DNA from: a virus
IMG/VR virus record: IMGVR_UViG_3300021389_000015
Coordinates: 9,321 to 73,320 of that record
Direction: 5' to 3' (one strand)
Length of the DNA stretch: 64,000 nt
This document shows positions 47,919 to 56,252 of this stretch, in pieces. A model generated the notes under the pieces. That model was not told where the DNA came from, ran no database searches, and was given only the letters and a program-made list of their open reading frames with translations. Both the position numbers and the translations under genes were made by a program. Positions within the stretch are counted from its first letter, which is position 1. Every line of letters starts with the position of its first letter.

Positions 47919-48180
47919 TATATAACGATGAAACAAAGTGAAAAGTTCACTGGACTCGGGGGCAGTACCCGACAGCTCCACCAAAAATACTATTATCGAG
48001 TATTTCTGATGGGGCTGAAATAGGATCGACAGGTACAATAACGATGTGGAGTTATCCGGATGTAAGCTCGGTTAATGCGAACAATATACTAAATGCAAAC
48101 GATAATTTTGCACCTCAAGAGTTAGCGCAAGCTGCTTAATTCTTATGCGCCCGGTGAGAGCGTGGAAACAGAATCTCACC
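47919..48180 (+). ncRNA. ssrA: two-piece (circularly permuted) tmRNA, alphaproteobacterial type
   Basis: Acceptor piece ends CGGGGGCAGTACCCGACAGCTCCACCA (47983); 27-nt spacer; coding piece starts GGGGCTGAAATAGGATCGAC (48011); G3:U70 pair; tag ANDNFAPQELAQAA* at 48095-48139. Outer ends approximate. Confidence 0.92.
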
Positions 48181-48203
48181 ATTAACACACACAGGAGGAC
48201 AAT

Positions 48204-48437
48204 ATGTCTAAAAACGCATACGAAATAAGACTCGAAACTTTAAGAATGGCCAAAGAGATGGCCGATACACAGTTCTGTTTACAACAGGATATTATGTATA
48301 GAATGATCGATCAGGCGCAAGAAAAACGCATGGACATCATGGACGCGGTCAATGATCACTCACCACTGATGTATCAGCCGGTTGATCTCATTGAAACCGC
48401 AAATAAGCTATATGCTTATGTAGGCGAAAAACAATAG
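48204..48437 (+). CDS. conserved phage hypothetical protein
   Basis: MSKNAYEIRLETL.MAKEM...A.KLY.YV; AGGAGG SD. Confidence 0.7.
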   Translation: MSKNAYEIRLETLRMAKEMADTQFCLQQDIMYRMIDQAQEKRMDIMDAVNDHSPLMYQPVDLIETANKLYAYVGEKQ

Positions 48438-48446
48438 GATAAAATT

Positions 48447-48659
48447 ATGGCAGAAGTAGAAAAAAAGAACGGTATCGTTATTAAAGATGAACACAACGAG
48501 TTTGAACTGGCACTCAGATTCCTCGGTAATGAACTGATCGCGATCAAGATGGCGGCGACAAACTTCAGTGGTAAACTGATACTGTGGAGTATTCTACTTC
48601 TGCTCTTTAGTTTCATGATGATCGAAGTCTTCGAAGTCAACACGTGGATAGGAGGATAA
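48447..48659 (+). CDS. small membrane protein
   Basis: FEL.LRFLGNE plus a C-terminal TM segment. Confidence 0.6.
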   Translation: MAEVEKKNGIVIKDEHNEFELALRFLGNELIAIKMAATNFSGKLILWSILLLLFSFMMIEVFEVNTWIGG

Positions 48660-48660
48660 C

Positions 48661-48819
48661 ATGTGGGGAAGACTCATTGAATACACGGGTGGTAATGAAT
48701 ACAAACCACCTCAGTCAAAAAGGAGAAAGATTATGACACCCAACCCGCACTACATCAATATGATGATTAATATCGGTATCTTTGGTATGTTAATATACGT
48801 AGCTGTGCAAGTATCTTAA
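48661..48819 (+). CDS. small membrane protein
   Basis: 52-aa ORF MWGRLIEYTGG with AGGAGG SD and C-terminal hydrophobic segment. Confidence 0.5.
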   Translation: MWGRLIEYTGGNEYKPPQSKRRKIMTPNPHYINMMINIGIFGMLIYVAVQVS

Positions 48820-49430
48820 TGAGTAGCATAGTAGACGACAGATTAAACGATTTAAAAGATGACGTTATATATCATTTTAAAATCAATCACGATAAAGATA
48901 AGTTATTAAAAGAATCTAGTTCCGTTAGATATAATGCAATAAATGAAAAGAATCTTGAGAGATATAAAAGACTAGGATTTATTGAAAAAGATACTATCAG
49001 CTATGATGTTGAGGATAAAGATTGGTTTAATAATCAAAGGGATTGGAAGATATCTTCAAGTTTAGATAATGATTCTAACAGTGAATCAGAACGTTTGCAT
49101 GCGATTTTTAAAAGGTTATTACAGGTAGATAATTTAGGTCCTAGATTTCTTACTCAAAAAGAAGGAGCTGATGTTCACTACCACATTGATGGCGAAACGT
49201 TATGTGCTATTAATTTTTTAGTAAAAGGAGAACGGACTCCAATATCTTTCAAGGATGTAGGACATTTTTATTATGACGTAGCATTAATTAACACTAATCA
49301 CGCTCATTCCGTACCAAAACAAATCGACGAGGATAGAGTGTTATTTAAACTAAGAATAAAACAAATGACTTTTAAAGAAGCTAAGGAGAAACTAGTTGCT
49401 AACGAGAACTTTCGAGAGTTCTGGAACTAA
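48819..49430 (+). CDS. 2OG-Fe(II) oxygenase/cupin-like protein
   Basis: HID...CAIN...HSV...RVLF (HxD...H...R). Confidence 0.65.
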   Translation: MSSIVDDRLNDLKDDVIYHFKINHDKDKLLKESSSVRYNAINEKNLERYKRLGFIEKDTISYDVEDKDWFNNQRDWKISSSLDNDSNSESERLHAIFKRLLQVDNLGPRFLTQKEGADVHYHIDGETLCAINFLVKGERTPISFKDVGHFYYDVALINTNHAHSVPKQIDEDRVLFKLRIKQMTFKEAKEKLVANENFREFWN

Positions 49431-50136
49431 ATTAAGATTATCGCTATTATTAAATTTAATAGCGTCTTTAATTTACGTATCAGTGTATGGAATAACAATC
49501 ACTAATCTTGTGACAATATTAGTGATGTACTTTTTATATATGTGCATAGGAATGGTGTGTACTTTTCACCGATTTTACTCTCATAAGTCATTTGAGTTTA
49601 GAAATACTTTTACAAAATACTTATGTACGACTCTTGGTTTACTGTCTGGCTCTGGTTCAGTGTTTGGCTGGTGTGGAGTTCATAACAAACATCACGATAA
49701 GCACGACACTCCAGAAGATCCACACGACTCTAAAAAAGGATTTTTAAGTCTTATAACTTTAAATTACGACTATAATATCGAACTTAGATACGTAAAATAT
49801 CTTTTCAAAGACAAGTTTCTTATGATGACTCATAAGTACTACTACTTAATGATAATAGCGTACGTGGCAACGATAGCGATATTATTTGGACCACAAGGAG
49901 TTGTATTTGGATTTTGTATACCTTCGGCAATTAACGTCATGGTTCAAGGCCTCACTACTTTCTTCTTACACAAAGACGGAGCTCCACGATACGTGAATTG
50001 GTTAAACTGGTTAGTATTTGGAGATGGTAACCATGACGAGCATCATAAAGATGTCAAACAGTATAAGTTAAAACATTATGATATATCAGGATGGGTGATA
50101 CATTGGATATTACGAAAGCAACTCACAAAAATATAG
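49396..50136 (+). CDS. membrane fatty-acid (delta-9-type) desaturase
   Basis: His boxes HRFYSH, HNKHH, HDEHH; DPH; TM helices. Confidence 0.88.
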   Translation: MLTRTFESSGTKLRLSLLLNLIASLIYVSVYGITITNLVTILVMYFLYMCIGMVCTFHRFYSHKSFEFRNTFTKYLCTTLGLLSGSGSVFGWCGVHNKHHDKHDTPEDPHDSKKGFLSLITLNYDYNIELRYVKYLFKDKFLMMTHKYYYLMIIAYVATIAILFGPQGVVFGFCIPSAINVMVQGLTTFFLHKDGAPRYVNWLNWLVFGDGNHDEHHKDVKQYKLKHYDISGWVIHWILRKQLTKI

Positions 50137-50660
50137 TACGTGATAAACAAGAAATATCAAGAGTATTTTCACTGGCGTACGAAGATAACATTCACCACGT
50201 TAATCGAAATAATTATAAAACTGTAAGATTAGATGGTTACATCAGATTTGACGTACTTTACTTTGAAGATGATGTGATATCTTTTTCAGGATTGTGGACT
50301 CACGATAAATGGAATGATTGCGCACGAGCTGCTGATAGATATTACATCTTTAAAAAATACAGATGTAAGACTCTAGTATCAAGACCAAGTATGTTTGCGG
50401 CATCTCAATTATTCATACCAAAGCAATTTAAGACAGCGATTGAATGGGGACTCCATCCGTTCGTATCGATACAAAATATAAAGAAGAAAAAAGTTATTGA
50501 CATTACTCGAGAACGTCTTAAAAATAATCACGATCTCGATTGTGTAGTCCTTGATGAATTAAAATATACTTGTGTAGATAACAGTGACTCTATTAATTGT
50601 TGGCAAAACATACTTACGTTGAGATCTTGTAAAGATCAAGTCTCTTCTTCGCTTTCATAA
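50091..50660 (+). CDS. hypothetical protein, possible GNAT-like fold
   Basis: ISFSG...R...RYY....YR, CWQ pattern. Confidence 0.45.
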   Translation: MGDTLDITKATHKNIVRDKQEISRVFSLAYEDNIHHVNRNNYKTVRLDGYIRFDVLYFEDDVISFSGLWTHDKWNDCARAADRYYIFKKYRCKTLVSRPSMFAASQLFIPKQFKTAIEWGLHPFVSIQNIKKKKVIDITRERLKNNHDLDCVVLDELKYTCVDNSDSINCWQNILTLRSCKDQVSSSLS

Positions 50661-51108
50661 AATCAATATCAAATATAGACATCTTAAAAAGTTTTCTTGG
50701 TTCGGTGACAGCTTCTACTCGATGTTCTGTCTGAACGTCGATCAGTGAAAAAGAGTAAGAGTGTGATGTTACGGTGCCATCGCGTCGGAACCATATCGGG
50801 TCTTGATCCGTACTCAGTATCATGTTAATCGCGCACTTCGTACCTCTGTCAACATGCCACGGTACTTCACACTTATCTTTTAAGATATAATAACGAGGAT
50901 GACACTGTACGTCTAAAATTTTGCTCATTCGTCTGTTGATCTCGTTCGTGTAAGGTCCTACGTCTTTACATATCATCCAGTAGTCAAGGCTCTTACCACC
51001 TAAAGGATCAAAGTACGGTTCGTACGAAGCCTCGTCACATTCTTGTAATATTAAATCTTTATCGTACTCTATGCAGTTAATTTCTTGTATCATGTGGAAT
51101 ACATCCAA
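50614..51108 (-). CDS. 2OG-Fe(II) oxygenase/cupin-like protein
   Basis: PRYY, WHVD..TKCAIN, H.V, RKLFK; paralog-like to 48819. Confidence 0.65.
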   Translation of the reverse strand: MDVFHMIQEINCIEYDKDLILQECDEASYEPYFDPLGGKSLDYWMICKDVGPYTNEINRRMSKILDVQCHPRYYILKDKCEVPWHVDRGTKCAINMILSTDQDPIWFRRDGTVTSHSYSFSLIDVQTEHRVEAVTEPRKLFKMSIFDIDFMKAKKRLDLYKIST

Positions 51109-51517
51109 CGATATGAATTCGAGTCTCTGTAGAAGCGTTGACTGCCGTGTGTAACTTTGTGGTATCGATGACGTAAGGTCTTCCGATATCAGGACACCTG
51201 ACTACCTCGTCATCAACAACTAGGAAACACTTGTCGTTAGTCACCACGGGCACGTGTAGTCTCTTCGTAGGATCTTGATGATAAGTATAGCACGTCTTCG
51301 ATCTCATTCTCATGACTCGAGTCCTATAAAGGTTGTGATCATCTATAATGCTGTTCAGTACGGGTGTGTCAAAGATTTTTCTTACGAGTGCTGTGTCGTT
51401 ACGATTAACTCCACAGCCAAGAAACGGGTCTCCGCTCTCGTCACTTTGTAAACATATCTGATCCTCAAAGCGAGGTAGAGACATAATCTCTTCTATTATC
51501 TTTTTCGTATCATACAT
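51077..51517 (-). CDS. Asp/Asn beta-hydroxylase-like 2OG-Fe(II) oxygenase
   Basis: RTRVM, HQD...RLHVP..TN, DT...HTAVN...RIHIV. Confidence 0.75.
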   Translation of the reverse strand: MYDTKKIIEEIMSLPRFEDQICLQSDESGDPFLGCGVNRNDTALVRKIFDTPVLNSIIDDHNLYRTRVMRMRSKTCYTYHQDPTKRLHVPVVTNDKCFLVVDDEVVRCPDIGRPYVIDTTKLHTAVNASTETRIHIVGCIPHDTRN

Positions 51518-52442
51518 ATTCTTTCCTAGAACAAAGTAAACCTATACATCCACAAATGTCTCGTTCGCAACTTATACTATATTTAGGCAATATAAAATTA
51601 TCGACAAAAGACTTAAGATAAATGTTTGATTTTTTCGTAAAGTTTTGTCCACACGACATTGTTCCTATAAAACCTCTACTGTCTATCTGTATGAAGTCGT
51701 GATGAGCGTAACAACGATATCCAGTAAAAGTACCTCGTAAATTCTTCACGTGATGGAGTTGTAGATCAAAGATCTCTCCATCACAGTTTACTTTACAAGA
51801 TGGTTTCATGAGAGGTTGGTGTATGTTATCCTTGATGATCACCTCTTGTTCGAGCGAGTACTCTATCACTCTTCCGTTTTCTCTTAAAGTCTTAAGTTGA
51901 AAGTTAACATCACTAAATCTGTCTGATAGAGTACTATACGCGTCGATACACTCGTCAAATAACTTAGGATTTACCATCACATGTACTCGTAAACCGACAT
52001 CGTCCTTGATACACTCGATAACTTTGGCCATGTGTTCGAGATCCGTATATTCAGAATGATAAGACAACAATACGTGATCGATATATTGTAGGTTTTGCTT
52101 CCACCATCTTACAGTTCGACTTCCGTTCGATACAAAACCAATCTCACCAAAAGGTCTTAAGAAGTCCATCAACTGAACGATGTCGCGATACAGTGTTGGT
52201 TCACCTCCACCAAAGTTAAACACTATCCTTTGTTTACTTACAGCATCGATCTCTTTCAACAGATGATATACATTTCTTTTTAAGACATCGTCGAGTCTTG
52301 GAACTCTGTCGGTGCCGGTGTTGGCGTTAGGAAAACAGTAAGAGCAATTGAAGTTACAAGTGTTACCAAGTACCCAGTCTATTATCGTCAAGTCAGACAC
52401 GTCTCTGTCTATAGATAAGATTTTCTTACCGTCGAGTCTCAT
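51510..52442 (-). CDS. radical SAM protein with C-terminal Cys cluster (twitch/SPASM-like)
   Basis: CNFNCSYC, GGGEPT, SNG, SYH; C-terminal C...C...C....CGC. Confidence 0.9.
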   Translation of the reverse strand: MRLDGKKILSIDRDVSDLTIIDWVLGNTCNFNCSYCFPNANTGTDRVPRLDDVLKRNVYHLLKEIDAVSKQRIVFNFGGGEPTLYRDIVQLMDFLRPFGEIGFVSNGSRTVRWWKQNLQYIDHVLLSYHSEYTDLEHMAKVIECIKDDVGLRVHVMVNPKLFDECIDAYSTLSDRFSDVNFQLKTLRENGRVIEYSLEQEVIIKDNIHQPLMKPSCKVNCDGEIFDLQLHHVKNLRGTFTGYRCYAHHDFIQIDSRGFIGTMSCGQNFTKKSNIYLKSFVDNFILPKYSISCERDICGCIGLLCSRKEYV

Positions 52443-52456
52443 ATCACTGTGTCATT

Positions 52457-52642
52457 TCATTTTTGTGCATATTTCTTCTTAAACGCATATACATCAAACA
52501 TCTTCAGATTCATCCACATACAAAAGAATCCAAATATCGATACACCCAGATGACTCGACATCCCTACCTTTAAAGAATAAAGGATTAATAAGGAATAAAA
52601 CGCCACTACTACTTGATCTTTTACCGTTAATTGATTACTCAT
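52457..52642 (-). CDS. small membrane protein
   Basis: Two hydrophobic stretches. Confidence 0.5.
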   Translation of the reverse strand: MSNQLTVKDQVVVAFYSLLILYSLKVGMSSHLGVSIFGFFCMWMNLKMFDVYAFKKKYAQK

Positions 52643-52839
52643 ATCCTACATATCATCCATATAATACATCCTATAATAGAACAATATAGGGTCATCCAAT
52701 AATACATGTCTCTCATACTCCATATAACTTCATTAATACACTCACAGAACAGTACGCTATAGTAATAACTACTATATAGAGTAATAGATAATCGGGTGTG
52801 GTCACGTGTACTATATCCTATATAGAAAAGGTTATCCAT
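52639..52839 (-). CDS. small hydrophobic protein
   Basis: 66-aa ORF; GAGG upstream on the minus strand. Confidence 0.4.
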   Translation of the reverse strand: MDNLFYIGYSTRDHTRLSITLYSSYYYSVLFCECINEVIWSMRDMYYWMTLYCSIIGCIIWMICRI

Positions 52840-53001
52840 AACCTCATATGGTGTCTGTGTAATCTGTGTAAAGTACTCTATACTATGTATATCGAGTAAA
52901 ACTACAGTATCGGGGAGGAGAGAAGGGAACCTTAATGCCGTCAGACTCGCGGAGATTTTTTCTTAGTACAAAAATAAATCACATAAAAACGCATAAAGTC
53001 C

Positions 53002-53029
53002 TTTACATTCTCGCACGGTGTGGTATAAT
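53002..53029 (+). promoter_or_regulatory. early sigma70-type promoter
   Basis: GCATAAAGTCC-TTTACA-N16-TATAAT. Confidence 0.75.
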
Positions 53030-53061
53030 AATACTATATTATTTTAAAGGGAGAAAAATAT

Positions 53062-53310
53062 ATGTTTAATACTATCTTAACTTCAATCAAATCTAACGGA
53101 GAACAGGTACAGAGAGTCTATCAGGGTGAGACCGAGAAGCTGTCAGTATACTTCGCTACCAATCTATGGAGTACATACGATAAGGATATCGGAGAGGAAT
53201 TAGTATCCCTCGAGACTACCGATAGAGATATTAGTAATAGATCACTCTATATGATTGATAACAGAAACCTCTGTACTATGCACTCCAAGGATATCGAACT
53301 CCACTCGTAG
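53062..53310 (+). CDS. early hypothetical protein
   Basis: GGGAG SD after a promoter. Confidence 0.65.
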   Translation: MFNTILTSIKSNGEQVQRVYQGETEKLSVYFATNLWSTYDKDIGEELVSLETTDRDISNRSLYMIDNRNLCTMHSKDIELHS

Positions 53311-53449
53311 GAGTGACACCGAGCGCCCTTCTGGATCTGAGAGGATAGAGTCTATAGAGGACTACTGTTAGGGTGCTCAGTCAGTGTCTGATAAAGGGGT
53401 TTATATTGGAGAGTTTCGCAGTGGTATAACAGGTGGCCTTGTAGCCTGT
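53302..53449. other. structured intergenic element
   Basis: Stems GAGCGCCCT/AGGGTGCTC, GACAC/GTGTC, AGTC/GACT, ACAGGT/GCCTGT in a GC-richer intergenic gap. Confidence 0.45.
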
Positions 53450-53560
53450 CCTCGGTTGTCGTCTGAATACCTTTTTGACAAATTTTTTTTTCTCGAGAAA
53501 TTTCTTCCCTCAGACTTTGTGTAACCATATAGATAACTATAGAAACAAAGGAGCTTTGTA

Positions 53561-54259
53561 ATATCCCATTTAATTTGTAATATACCCAACCAAAAAGTAT
53601 GGGTACGCCGTGAGTATCTGAGAGATCTCCAGGATGGACACGGTGAATTCGTCGAGGGTCACTGGGTATCCGCTAAGAGTATCCCGGGTCGTGCCTTCTA
53701 TTTCGAAACATTCTTACCCGAGTACGGTGCCTTATTCGATAAACTACCGATCAGTGCCTTTGTTGCTGATCCAGAGACACCCTCTGTTGATATGGCATTA
53801 CCCGATCTACAGTTCTGGAATTGCATGGACTACGGTGTTACATGTATACAGAAACAGTTTATAGGCTCTATGGATTTTGAAGTCTATACAAAGAATCATG
53901 GATTTGTAAAGGGTTCCTATATTGCTACCTTGGATAACTACCATATACATGCGGATGAGATTGATTACTCTACGGCAGAGCAGCCGGACGAGCATAAGTC
54001 TTTCAACTTGCTTGAACTCGAGAATGGGCAATACTGTCTGTATCCGAATAATCGAATGAGAGTGTATGATAATAGTCTGACACCGAAGAATCCGAAGATG
54101 CCGGACTTTAAAGTATCTACCGAGTACTATCAGGTCGAGAATGGCAATGAGTACCGACTCGGAGATACGGAAGAGTACTTCTATGATGCGGAGCTCGCTG
54201 AGAATGTCGATAAAGAGAATGCCGTACCATCACACGGTATACTCGGTCAAGGATGCTGA
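53561..54259 (+). CDS. conserved marine-phage hypothetical protein with apparent ATA start
   Basis: Frame is open upstream of ATG 53792 through ATA 53561, 7 nt after AAGGAG; VWVRREYL..., DKLPISAF, EHKSFN, YPNNR. Confidence 0.7.
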   Translation: MSHLICNIPNQKVWVRREYLRDLQDGHGEFVEGHWVSAKSIPGRAFYFETFLPEYGALFDKLPISAFVADPETPSVDMALPDLQFWNCMDYGVTCIQKQFIGSMDFEVYTKNHGFVKGSYIATLDNYHIHADEIDYSTAEQPDEHKSFNLLELENGQYCLYPNNRMRVYDNSLTPKNPKMPDFKVSTEYYQVENGNEYRLGDTEEYFYDAELAENVDKENAVPSHGILGQGC

Positions 54260-54297
54260 GTAAAAAAAACCTGCTTAAGAGAAAAAAAAATCTTGAA

Positions 54298-54852
54298 ATG
54301 AAACAGATAATTAAAAAGTCTCATCACGCGACTATAGAACGCGACGGAGATAAGGTCATAAAGACTTTTACAGTACCAAAGAAGAGATGGATGCGAGACT
54401 GGTGGTATCATTATGACGCGTACTATAACATGTACGGAGGAGTACCACGAGTTTACGATGTGAACGAGAGCAGGATCGTGATGGACTACGTTGAGGGAAC
54501 TTCGGTAGAACACCATTTTTGGAGAGACGGTAATCTCAATCATGGAGTGGCGTACAAAGTCTTTTCCACGATCTTACAAAACTTATCCAACATGGCAGAG
54601 TACTCGAGCATGATAGACACCGTGTGGTTTCATAATGACGCCGGCACACACAACTATATCTTTAACGGAGACGAGTATATTCTGGTAGATCCAGACAGTT
54701 TTATACTATCTAAAAATCCGTACCCTGGCGCTTTCGTGTCGCCTCTACATCCGCTACATAACATACTCACGCACATATACTCTATACACGAAAGAGACTA
54801 CAGAAGAGAACACGGAGAACTACATCACACGTATAATGAACATGTTAAGTGA
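54298..54852 (+). CDS. protein-kinase-like (APH/RIO/Kdo fold) phosphotransferase
   Basis: VIK, VPRVY, IVMDYVEG, HND....N, LVDPD. Confidence 0.7.
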   Translation: MKQIIKKSHHATIERDGDKVIKTFTVPKKRWMRDWWYHYDAYYNMYGGVPRVYDVNESRIVMDYVEGTSVEHHFWRDGNLNHGVAYKVFSTILQNLSNMAEYSSMIDTVWFHNDAGTHNYIFNGDEYILVDPDSFILSKNPYPGAFVSPLHPLHNILTHIYSIHERDYRREHGELHHTYNEHVK

Positions 54853-54879
54853 AAACTTTTAAATAAGTGAAAAAAGTCC

Positions 54880-54908
54880 TTTACAATCTTTTAAAACTGT
54901 GGTATAAT
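54880..54908 (+). promoter_or_regulatory. early sigma70-type promoter
   Basis: TTTACA-N17-TATAAT with TGG. Confidence 0.8.
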
Positions 54909-54938
54909 TAATACATATTAAATCAAAAGGAGTTTTAA

Positions 54939-55160
54939 ATGTTTAATGTAACCACCGAACGCAACGCAATCGAACACTATATGGAGACTCACCAAGTCGA
55001 TGACTTTGTATATGACGGTCTCGTAGGCTTGATTGCTTTTGATATGTACTGCACCGACAATCCGTCATTCATGCTCGAACTCGTATGCGCTCACCTTGAC
55101 AAAAAGATGGGCATCAACGGCAAGGGCGAAGACTGGCCTAAACTTCCTAACTTAGTTTAG
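54939..55160 (+). CDS. early hypothetical protein
   Basis: AAGGAG SD. Confidence 0.62.
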   Translation: MFNVTTERNAIEHYMETHQVDDFVYDGLVGLIAFDMYCTDNPSFMLELVCAHLDKKMGINGKGEDWPKLPNLV

Positions 55161-55341
55161 GAGTTGCCGATGTTTGTAGTTTACGTATTTCAAAATGATG
55201 AGCTTATTACACGTGCCGAATGCAATGACATGAAGCACGCAATTGGCATGATGAAAGACCACGTAGAGATCTGGTGTGAAAAGCCGGGTTATCGAGTCAC
55301 GATTGCTCATGAAAAAAATTCAAATTAAATGCATTTTTTCC

Positions 55342-55370
55342 TTTACATTAAGTTAAAAGTGTGGTATAAT
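55342..55370 (+). promoter_or_regulatory. early sigma70-type promoter
   Basis: TTAAATGCATTTTTTCC-TTTACA-N17-TATAAT. Confidence 0.8.
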
Positions 55371-55415
55371 AGTACTATAAAATAAAAAATTAACTATTTA
55401 ACGGGAGTTTATATA

Positions 55416-55712
55416 ATGATAGTTTCAATTACTTTTAATAACAATTACGGTGCGGTTCCATATACTGCTGCATCAATTGCAACACCTTTTACAGATACTC
55501 AAATGGCTCTACAGGATGCCTTCGGTAAGACACAAAATGTGTTCAAGTCTTGGTCTGAAAATCCACAATCTGGTGTAACAGTATGCCACCACAACTTTGA
55601 TGGTACACCTCTTCGCAGCTCAATGGTTGGAGATGAGTTCACCATATTCGATGCTGACGGTGCGGCTACAAAGTTTGAAGTTGCAAGAATTGGTTTTAAG
55701 GAGGTAGCGTAA
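55416..55712 (+). CDS. early hypothetical protein
   Basis: TQN...SW...RSSMVGD...V...GF pattern. Confidence 0.65.
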   Translation: MIVSITFNNNYGAVPYTAASIATPFTDTQMALQDAFGKTQNVFKSWSENPQSGVTVCHHNFDGTPLRSSMVGDEFTIFDADGAATKFEVARIGFKEVA

Positions 55713-55897
55713 TGAAGAAAGCAGAACACATGATGAGCTCAATGACTATGACAAAGCTCACTGCATACCAAAATGAATATACTTCTTTAGTAAAGTTACC
55801 AAATCCATCTGATGATACTTTAGATCGAATTGGATTACTTGAAATTATTTTTACTAAGCTTGATCAAGGTAAAATTCTAATAAGGAGTGCAGCATAA
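55712..55897 (+). CDS. early hypothetical protein
   Basis: GGAGG SD; TAATG coupling. Confidence 0.6.
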   Translation: MKKAEHMMSSMTMTKLTAYQNEYTSLVKLPNPSDDTLDRIGLLEIIFTKLDQGKILIRSAA

Positions 55898-56047
55898 TGC
55901 CAAAGAAGTATCATGACTGGGTGTACATGGCGGACGACTCCATGAATAAAACTTTAAAGACAATCATCGTAGTAGTTTATTGCTACGGTGCTTATCTTTT
56001 CTTTAAAGAAATAATTGAAAAATTTTTAAATTAAATGCATTTTTTCC

Positions 56048-56076
56048 TTTACATCTTAGAAAAAATGTGGTATAAT
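56048..56076 (+). promoter_or_regulatory. early sigma70-type promoter
   Basis: TTAAATGCATTTTTTCC-TTTACA-N17-TATAAT. Confidence 0.8.
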
Positions 56077-56252
56077 AGATCTATAATAATTAAAAAGGAA
56101 CAATTTATATTATGAAAAAATTATTAGCAATAACATCAGTCTTAGCATGTGTCTTACTTATCGGCGCAATCGAAGATCCATGTACAACCGAAGGTCTTGC
56201 ACCTGGTTGTATCCAACAAAATTCAAATCAATAGCCTTAGGAGGAATATATT

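Noticed and set aside
47950-48030. tRNA-Ala gene or attP remnant
   Set aside because: The halves are in permuted order, lack an anticodon arm and are followed by a tag frame, which indicates tmRNA
47835-48038. Minus-strand 67-aa ORF
   Set aside because: Antisense to the tmRNA and spans two promoters; likely spurious
53330-53400. Hammerhead ribozyme
   Set aside because: CTGA is present but there is no correctly placed CUGANGA and GAAA core
15200-56090. Recurring ~45-bp motif as a CRISPR array or mobile repeat
   Set aside because: Copies are dispersed and degenerate, and each has -35/-10 geometry upstream of a gene, so they are promoters
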